Positions 24,952 through 30,265 of a stretch of DNA of 30,265 nt are shown here, in pieces. Location: positions 1 through 30,265 of the forward strand of contig JAVKJW010000025.1 of NCBI GenBank assembly GCA_031458695.1. Direction: 5' to 3'. The stretch is from Candidatus Thermofontivivens primus. Lineage in GTDB: Bacteria > Sysuimicrobiota > Sysuimicrobiia > Sysuimicrobiales > Thermofontiviventaceae. The notes under the pieces are model-generated. The model was given only the letters and a program-made list of their open reading frames with translations, made no database searches and was not told the origin of the DNA. Made by a program: the position numbers and the translations under genes. How positions within the stretch are numbered: position 1 is the stretch's first letter; each line of letters opens with the position of its first letter.

Positions 24952-26046
24952 CTATGCCCTTCTGAGGACTCCTTCGATCAGCACGTCCCTGCCAACCTGC
25001 CGGATCGAGACCTTGGTGAGGTGAAGAGCCTCCGCCAAGCTCGCCACCCCTACCCCTTGCACAGGGGAGGGACCATTTCCGCCAATAATCAGGGGAGCCA
25101 CAAACGCGGCGACCCTGTCCACCAGACCCGCTTCTACGAAGCCTGCGATGAGCGTCCCGCCCCCTTCCACGAGGACGCTGAGGATTTCACGCCTTCCTAG
25201 CTCCTCCAGGAGTCTGTGAAGATCAACCTTTCCCTCCGGGCCATCAAGTACCCATACCTCAACGCCACGGGACTCTAGCTTGTGGATCTTCTCCATGGGG
25301 GCTTGGCTTGTCGTAGCTACGACGGTAGCAGCCTGCGAGGGCACGGTGATGACCTGCGCTTCCAGAGGGATGCGCAACCGGCTGTCTACCACGACACGCA
25401 GGGGATCGCGGCCTCCGGGGATCCGCGCAGTAAGGAGGGGATCGTCGCGCAATACGGTGTTGATGCCAACGGCAATGGCATCACAACGACTTCGCATCTG
25501 GTGGACAAGCTCCCGGGCCTCCTCCCCTGTGATCCACTTGGACTCCCCTGTGGGCGTAGCGATCTTCCCGTCCAGGCTCATCGCCCACTTCACGATTACC
25601 AGGGGAAGCCCCGTCCGCCTGTGCTTGAGGTAGGCCGCGTTGAGCTGTTCCGCCTCTTCCGCCAGGAGGCCAACTTCTACTTGGATCCCCGCCTCCCGCA
25701 ATCTCGTGAAACCACGCCCGCGCACTCTTGGATCCGGATCTTCCATAGGAGCGACTACCCGATGAATCCCCGCTGAAATGATCGCCTCGGTACAGGGAGG
25801 GGTCCTCCCGTAGTGAGCACAGGGTTCGAGCGTGACATAAAGGGTGGCACCCTTCGCAAGCTCTCCGGCTTCTTCGAGGGCAAGGACCTCAGCATGTGGG
25901 CCCCCCGCTGCCTGGTGGAATCCACGCCCGACGATCTTCCCATCCTTCACCACGACGGCCCCCACCATCGGGTTTGGACTGGGGTGCCCCTGCTGGGCGA
26001 GCGCCAGAGCGATTCGCATGTTCTCCTCGTCAAGGGGATGTCCCAT
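24952..26046 (-). CDS. ribD: Bifunctional diaminohydroxyphosphoribosylaminopyrimidine deaminase/reductase
   Basis: PNPMVG, HAE, TLEPCAHYGRTPPC, SLDGKIA, VEGGG; alternative start ATG 26019. Confidence 0.96.
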   Translation of the reverse strand: MGHPLDEENMRIALALAQQGHPSPNPMVGAVVVKDGKIVGRGFHQAAGGPHAEVLALEEAGELAKGATLYVTLEPCAHYGRTPPCTEAIISAGIHRVVAPMEDPDPRVRGRGFTRLREAGIQVEVGLLAEEAEQLNAAYLKHRRTGLPLVIVKWAMSLDGKIATPTGESKWITGEEARELVHQMRSRCDAIAVGINTVLRDDPLLTARIPGGRDPLRVVVDSRLRIPLEAQVITVPSQAATVVATTSQAPMEKIHKLESRGVEVWVLDGPEGKVDLHRLLEELGRREILSVLVEGGGTLIAGFVEAGLVDRVAAFVAPLIIGGNGPSPVQGVGVASLAEALHLTKVSIRQVGRDVLIEGVLRRA

Positions 26047-26080
26047 AAAAAACCAAACCCCGAAGGCATGACCTTCGGGT
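26047..26080 (-). terminator. Intrinsic terminator of the FMN riboswitch expression platform
   Basis: CCCGAAGG-TCATG-CCTTCGGG stem followed by GTTTGGTTTTTT. Confidence 0.8.
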
Positions 26081-26153
26081 GTAGAAACTCCCTTCCCGAA
26101 CCTAGCGCGCTCCTCGCCACACATAGGCAAGGCTCCTGCTAGGTCCGGTCAGT

Positions 26154-26314
26154 GACCTTCTCCCATCCGGACTATACCGTCGGCCCCGGAATTTCACCGG
26201 ATCCTGCCGACCAGGCTGCTCTGTAAACCGCAGAGCAACCCCGGCTCGCGGGCTATACCGCCGGTCGGGAATTGGGACCGCACATGGCGGTACCCTCACC
26301 CTGCCCCGAAGGTC
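26154..26314 (-). ncRNA. FMN riboswitch (RFN element)
   Basis: P1 GACCTTC/GAAGGTC; GGGGCAGGGTGA...ATTCCCGACCGGCGGT; AGCCCGCGAGC; GATCCGGTGAAATTCCGG; CCGACGGTATAGTCCGGATGGGAGAAG; upstream of ribD. Confidence 0.96.
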
Positions 26315-26340
26315 TTGCAGCTTCAGTATTTCCAGGGGTC

Positions 26341-26369
26341 ATCTTAGCATAGGGCGCCGGGAGGGTCAA
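26341..26369 (-). promoter_or_regulatory. Sigma70 promoter of the rib operon
   Basis: TTGACC-17 nt-TAAGAT with extended -10 TG, ending 26 nt before the aptamer. Confidence 0.75.
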
Positions 26370-26620
26370 TCTTCCTCCCTCAACCGATCTGCCAGGTTGT
26401 CCAGAAAGGCTGCAAGATAGATAGCCCCAATGGCATCGGTTTCTGCGGAACGACGGAGGCCGGTCTCCTGGATCTCCAGGCTTTCGGCAATCTCGTGGAC
26501 CATGGAGCGGAGTGTCTGGATGTAGCTGAGAGCAGTCTTCTTGCCTGCACGCGTGCGTGGGATAGGAAGGACAAACCCCCGCCGCCGCTCCCCTGGGGGG
26601 AGGCGTCGATCCCCGCGCAT
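26366..26620 (-). CDS. Hypothetical 84-aa protein
   Basis: AGGAGGG RBS before ATG; basic N-terminus then two amphipathic helices. Confidence 0.6.
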   Translation of the reverse strand: MRGDRRLPPGERRRGFVLPIPRTRAGKKTALSYIQTLRSMVHEIAESLEIQETGLRRSAETDAIGAIYLAAFLDNLADRLREED

Positions 26621-26778
26621 TGAGATCCCTCCTGTAGAGAGGATGACAGTCCCCTGCGGCGGTTCTTCAGTACCCCTGCAAAAGTCTTTTTACTTTTGCC
26701 GGGGGCCCCTCTTGAAATAACGGGTTACATCATCGAATTCTTCGATGGACCCTCGGGCGACTCCTGTGGACGATATCG

Positions 26779-27420
26779 TTAGGAAGCCGCTCTTGCCACA
26801 AACTTGAACTCTATCTGCACCTCGTTCTCCGCGCGCAGGATCCCGAAAATAGATGGGGGTTCGAACCCAAAGTCGGTCATCCGGATCGTCCCTGTGGCCG
26901 TGCCCATCAATCGGTCCCCCTCAAGCTTCACAGTTACGGAAAATGTGGTGAGACGGGTCACATCTCGGATCTTCAGCTCCCCTGTCACTTGGAAGGAAAC
27001 CTCGCGCCCTTCCGTGTAGCTGTTCGGAATCCCCTGGATGGTGGTCGGCCTAAACTCCGCAATGGGAAAACGCGCGGACTCTAACCATCGCTCCCGAATG
27101 GCGTTGTCACGCCGGGAGTTATCAGTGCGGAACGTGCTGATGTCCACGGTGATGGGTCCAACGCGGCTATTCCTGGGATTGGCCCGGTCAACGAAGATCT
27201 CTCCCTTTACGGCGTTCGTGACGCCGACCGCGACGTTATAGCGGTTCCCCTCCCGGAAGAGCGTCTCCCCAACCCGGTAGATCACCTGCGACTCCGAGGG
27301 GACGATAACGTAGCGCTGGACGCTCGAGGGCCCCGCCGCCGCAATCAGAGGCAAGAGTAAGCTTAAGGTTATGGTCACGACGAGATCGATGCGGAGGTGT
27401 GACCGCGCACCACTCCACAT
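26779..27420 (-). CDS. yceI: YceI-family (polyisoprenoid-binding) exported protein
   Basis: Signal peptide; TDNSRRDNAIR...LESARFP, GELKIRDVT, IRMTDFG. Confidence 0.88.
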   Translation of the reverse strand: MWSGARSHLRIDLVVTITLSLLLPLIAAAGPSSVQRYVIVPSESQVIYRVGETLFREGNRYNVAVGVTNAVKGEIFVDRANPRNSRVGPITVDISTFRTDNSRRDNAIRERWLESARFPIAEFRPTTIQGIPNSYTEGREVSFQVTGELKIRDVTRLTTFSVTVKLEGDRLMGTATGTIRMTDFGFEPPSIFGILRAENEVQIEFKFVARAAS

Positions 27421-27621
27421 TTCATTCCACCCCCCTCGGTTTGGATACGAGTTGCTACGTAATCTGGCAACTATTATACCCAATAGATGAAGTGACTCTT
27501 CAACCTTTCGCTAGAAGGTTGGAGGAATGTGAGGGCTGACTCAGTCAGGGATCGGATTTGCAGAGATTTGCAAAATTGGCCCTTCGTGAAAAGGGCCAAT
27601 CGCCGAAACCCGCGTCAAATC

Positions 27622-27696
27622 TGGAGCCGGCGAGGGGATTCGAACCCCTGACCTGCGCATTACGAGTGCGCTGCTCTACCACTGAGCTACGCCGGC
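27622..27696 (-). tRNA. tRNA-Thr(CGT)
   Basis: Acceptor stem GCCGGCG/CGCCGGC, anticodon arm GCGCA-CT-CGT-AA-TGCGC, GGTTCGAATCC, encoded CCA. Confidence 0.97.
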
Positions 27697-27711
27697 AGGA
27701 TTCCCGGCCTC

Positions 27712-27740
27712 ATTCTACCAGGGAGCCTAGGGAGTGTAAA
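27712..27740 (-). promoter_or_regulatory. Sigma70 promoter of tRNA-Thr
   Basis: TTTACA-17 nt-TAGAAT with extended -10 TG. Confidence 0.7.
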
Positions 27741-27812
27741 GTGACCACCTTGAGGGGTGTAGCCTGTGGGCATCCGGTCGACACCCGAGCCGAAAAGGGT
27801 GCAAAGCGTGGC

Positions 27813-28781
27813 TTAGAACCGTACCTGTCGGATGAGTAGACCAAGCCATCCCCGCGCCATGGCTACCCCGAAGAGCACAAACAGTGCTCCCAAACCTTGC
27901 ACCAAGGTCAGCCGGTCACTTAGCGCCACCACCGCTGTCACCACACCTATGAGGGGGATGAGGAATCCATACAACGACCCCCGCAACGCGCCGATGCGGG
28001 GGATGTTGCGGTACCACAGGATGTACCCGAGCGAGCCTGCGAGGAAAGCAGCGTAGAACATCTCCAGCCACGCCTGGGTGGAGACCTGCTGCCAAGGAAA
28101 ACGAACCATCTGTGCCCAGGCGAAGGGCTGGATCAGGATGGATCCCAGAACAACAGCGACACCCATCACCGTAGCCCCGTCTGCTCCTGCCAAGTACCGC
28201 TCTGCCAGGGCAACACCGGAACCAGTAGCCACAGCGGCTCCCAGCGTAAGGACATCGCCAAGTAGAACATCTTTATGTGAAAGCAAAGATGTGGGTTGGT
28301 CCCCCAAAGTCAGGAGGGCAACCCCGGCGAGGGCAACCACCATGCCGACCAGCTGAACATCCCGGGGTCTATCTATGCCAAGCATGGCGACGACGAGGGC
28401 GGTGAACAAAGGACTTGTCGCCACGAGCAGGGTGCTCTTGGACGCTGTGGTGTACTGTAGCCCGAGGCTGAAGAGGATCTGGTATCCAGCGACTCCCAAG
28501 ACCCCGATGGTAAGAGCACCCGTCCATGCCTTGCGCGTCCGAGGTAGGTAGCGGCGATTCCAGATCAGGAAGGGGATCATGCTTGATCCCACCAACAGAA
28601 AGCGCATCCCAACAAAGGGGACGGCAGGGATCTCCCGGTAGGCATCCTTGATCACCGTAAAGGAAACGCCCCAGAGGAACGCGACGAACAGCAGGGCCAG
28701 GTCGGCAGGAGAGAACGCAGCCCCCCTATCTTTGCGGAGCTCTTCTTGCTCTTCCATCATCTGGGTGCGGGTAGACGGCAT
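27813..28781 (-). CDS. DMT/EamA-family transporter
   Basis: About 10 TM helices in two repeats; LWGVSF, GLQYTTASKSTLL, GYILWY...IG; start uncertain (28781 or 28760). Confidence 0.9.
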   Translation of the reverse strand: MPSTRTQMMEEQEELRKDRGAAFSPADLALLFVAFLWGVSFTVIKDAYREIPAVPFVGMRFLLVGSSMIPFLIWNRRYLPRTRKAWTGALTIGVLGVAGYQILFSLGLQYTTASKSTLLVATSPLFTALVVAMLGIDRPRDVQLVGMVVALAGVALLTLGDQPTSLLSHKDVLLGDVLTLGAAVATGSGVALAERYLAGADGATVMGVAVVLGSILIQPFAWAQMVRFPWQQVSTQAWLEMFYAAFLAGSLGYILWYRNIPRIGALRGSLYGFLIPLIGVVTAVVALSDRLTLVQGLGALFVLFGVAMARGWLGLLIRQVRF

Positions 28782-28787
28782 GGCCTT

Positions 28788-28816
28788 ATTATACAATGGT
28801 AAGCTGAGCGGACCAA
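28788..28816 (-). promoter_or_regulatory. Putative promoter of the DMT gene
   Basis: TTGGTC-17 nt-TATAAT ending 6 nt before ATG 28781. Confidence 0.55.
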
Positions 28817-28866
28817 AACCGACTTGCTCGTTTCGGGGATTCTACAGCAGAGGCGGCGTTTCCCGG

Positions 28867-29907
28867 TTATATGCGATCGACATTCTGGAGGCTCGCGCGG
28901 ATTGCTCCCGCTGCGTTGATCGCTTCTGGGATCTGAGCGGATGACATTCCCCAGTATGGCTCCAGGATCACGTGCCGGCACCCTGCTTGGAGGTACTCTC
29001 GGATGCGTGCCAAGCAAGTATCCGGGGGCCCCAGGAGCACCGTTTGAAGGGCGATCTCGTCAGGAATCAAATCGGCAAGCTGCTTCCAAAGCTTTGTGTC
29101 CGCTGCCGCGTGATGACTATGGATCCCCTCCGGGACTCCCGAGGGCAGAAGGCGGCGGAGGATATCCGGATAAAACGCCAACATGATTTTCGCCGCGGGG
29201 AGGATCCCCTGGCGCTCCTCCTTCTCCATTCCGAAGGGGTAGAAGATCAGCGCCACGCACCAATCGAATGGTTTCCCCGAAGGCTGCCGGAGGCGCGCTA
29301 CTTCTACGTGAGCGCGTGCTTCCCGGTATGTGTTTGGGGTATGAGCTTCGGGGATCCAGCCATCGCCCATCTCCCCGGCGATCCGGAGCATCCTTGGACC
29401 GTACGCTGCGACGTAGATAGGGATCGGTTCCCGGGGGAGGATCGGCAGCGCGGCACGGTGAAGCTGGAAGAACTTTCCCTGGTATTCTGCTGGCGTTGCC
29501 GGGGTTGCTTGCCACAGAAGGCGAATGACCTCGATCCCCTCGCGGAGGCGAGAAGCTGGAGCATCAAGGGCAATGCCAAAGGGGAAATGGCTGGTGCCGC
29601 CTCCCGCGCCGAGCCCGAGGATCACGCGCCCTGGAGCGAGGTGGCTGAGGGTGGCAAAGGCATGGGCGGTGATCATAGGATGTCGCCTGTGTACGTCGGT
29701 GACCAGCGTGCCAATAAAGAGGCGGACAGTTGCGCGGGTGAGGAGGGCGAGCGTGACGGTGAGTTCGGGGATCGAGCCCTCCGGATCACCAGGGCCTTGG
29801 TGATCCATCCACCACACCCCATCGAGACCTGCTTCCTCGCACGCAATTGCCTGTTCTTCCAGGTCCCGGAGAGACTTTCCCAGAAGAAGCCAGCTTACGC
29901 GGATCAT
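28867..29907 (-). CDS. LLM-class flavin-dependent oxidoreductase
   Basis: EEAGLDGVWWMDH, GRVILGLGAG, PIYVAAYGPRMLRIAGEMGDGWIP; GAGGAAAGG RBS before ATG 29907. Confidence 0.9.
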   Translation of the reverse strand: MIRVSWLLLGKSLRDLEEQAIACEEAGLDGVWWMDHQGPGDPEGSIPELTVTLALLTRATVRLFIGTLVTDVHRRHPMITAHAFATLSHLAPGRVILGLGAGGGTSHFPFGIALDAPASRLREGIEVIRLLWQATPATPAEYQGKFFQLHRAALPILPREPIPIYVAAYGPRMLRIAGEMGDGWIPEAHTPNTYREARAHVEVARLRQPSGKPFDWCVALIFYPFGMEKEERQGILPAAKIMLAFYPDILRRLLPSGVPEGIHSHHAAADTKLWKQLADLIPDEIALQTVLLGPPDTCLARIREYLQAGCRHVILEPYWGMSSAQIPEAINAAGAIRASLQNVDRI

Positions 29908-30098
29908 CGATGTATGCCTTTCCTCAAGACCATTGGCAGAGCGCTCTGCGCGGCGATGCTTATGACGCCTATCCATAGAGTTCTTCACCCGTAAGGTACG
30001 ATCCTGGTTCAGAGAGGAAGGACATCCCACATACCCTTCCGGAAATACTACTCTGAACCGATTGCCTCCAACTTGAAAAGGCTAGCATGGAGGGTGAG

Positions 30099-30265
30099 AT
30101 GAAGTCCGGAGACCGAGCGATGCGACTGTCTCGCCGTAAGTTCTTAAGGGCTGCCGCTACCGTTGGAAGCGCAATGGTTTTTGGCCTATGGCCCCGTCGC
30201 AGCCCTGCCGCTCCCCCTAAACCAGGCTCGACAAAGGTTGCCTTGGTCAAGACCGATCAGCACCG
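30099..30265 (+). CDS. Tat-signal protein, N-terminal fragment (possibly DUF362-like)
   Basis: GGAGGGTG RBS; MKSGDRAMRLSRRKFLRAAATVG twin-arginine motif; KVALVKTD follows; truncated by the window end. Confidence 0.7.
   Translation, partial: MKSGDRAMRLSRRKFLRAAATVGSAMVFGLWPRRSPAAPPKPGSTKVALVKTDQH

Noticed and set aside
27473..27521. TATAAT with TTGAAG 19 nt upstream and short dyads before yceI (MerR-type promoter idea)
   Set aside because: Dyads are short, no merR gene is in the window, and the evidence is too weak to call.
1482..27696. Genomic island bounded by the two tRNAs
   Set aside because: No integrase or duplicated tRNA 3' end seen; the similarity between the tRNAs is ordinary T-arm conservation, and housekeeping genes lie between them.
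28972..29994. 340-aa ORF antisense to the LLM gene (and similar long antisense ORFs over lutA, lutB and lnt)
   Set aside because: Typical shadow ORFs of GC-rich coding DNA with no motifs or RBS.

Overview
A GC-rich bacterial chromosomal window, probably from a diderm (it encodes an outer-membrane secretin and Lnt). In order: 3' end of an MCP; ybaK; tRNA-Ala(TGC); an orphan ORF; a tightly packed queF-queT-lutABC-rtcA run; a long-form ndk and a cytoplasmic GGT-family gene; a minus-strand Tad/Flp (type IVc) pilus locus (flp, tadE, cpaB, secretin, tadG-like, unknown exported protein, cpaE, cpaF, tadB, tadC) ending in a coupled lnt; a divergent 57-aa zinc-ribbon ORF missing from the ORF track; an FMN-riboswitch-controlled ribD-ribE-ribBA-ribH operon ending in a YtcJ-like amidohydrolase; a small orphan; yceI; tRNA-Thr(CGT); a DMT transporter; an LLM oxidoreductase; and the start of a Tat-exported protein. 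The best novelty candidate is the Tad locus: its TadE has a tail of 8-aa Pro/Trp-Trp repeats plus a His/Cys tip, and the locus also holds an aromatic-rich exported protein, lnt, and back-to-back promoters shared with the zinc-ribbon gene. Secondary candidates are a structured queT leader and a hairpin inserted in the FMN aptamer. No mobile element or CRISPR array was seen. All calls come from reading motifs by eye; no searches were run.
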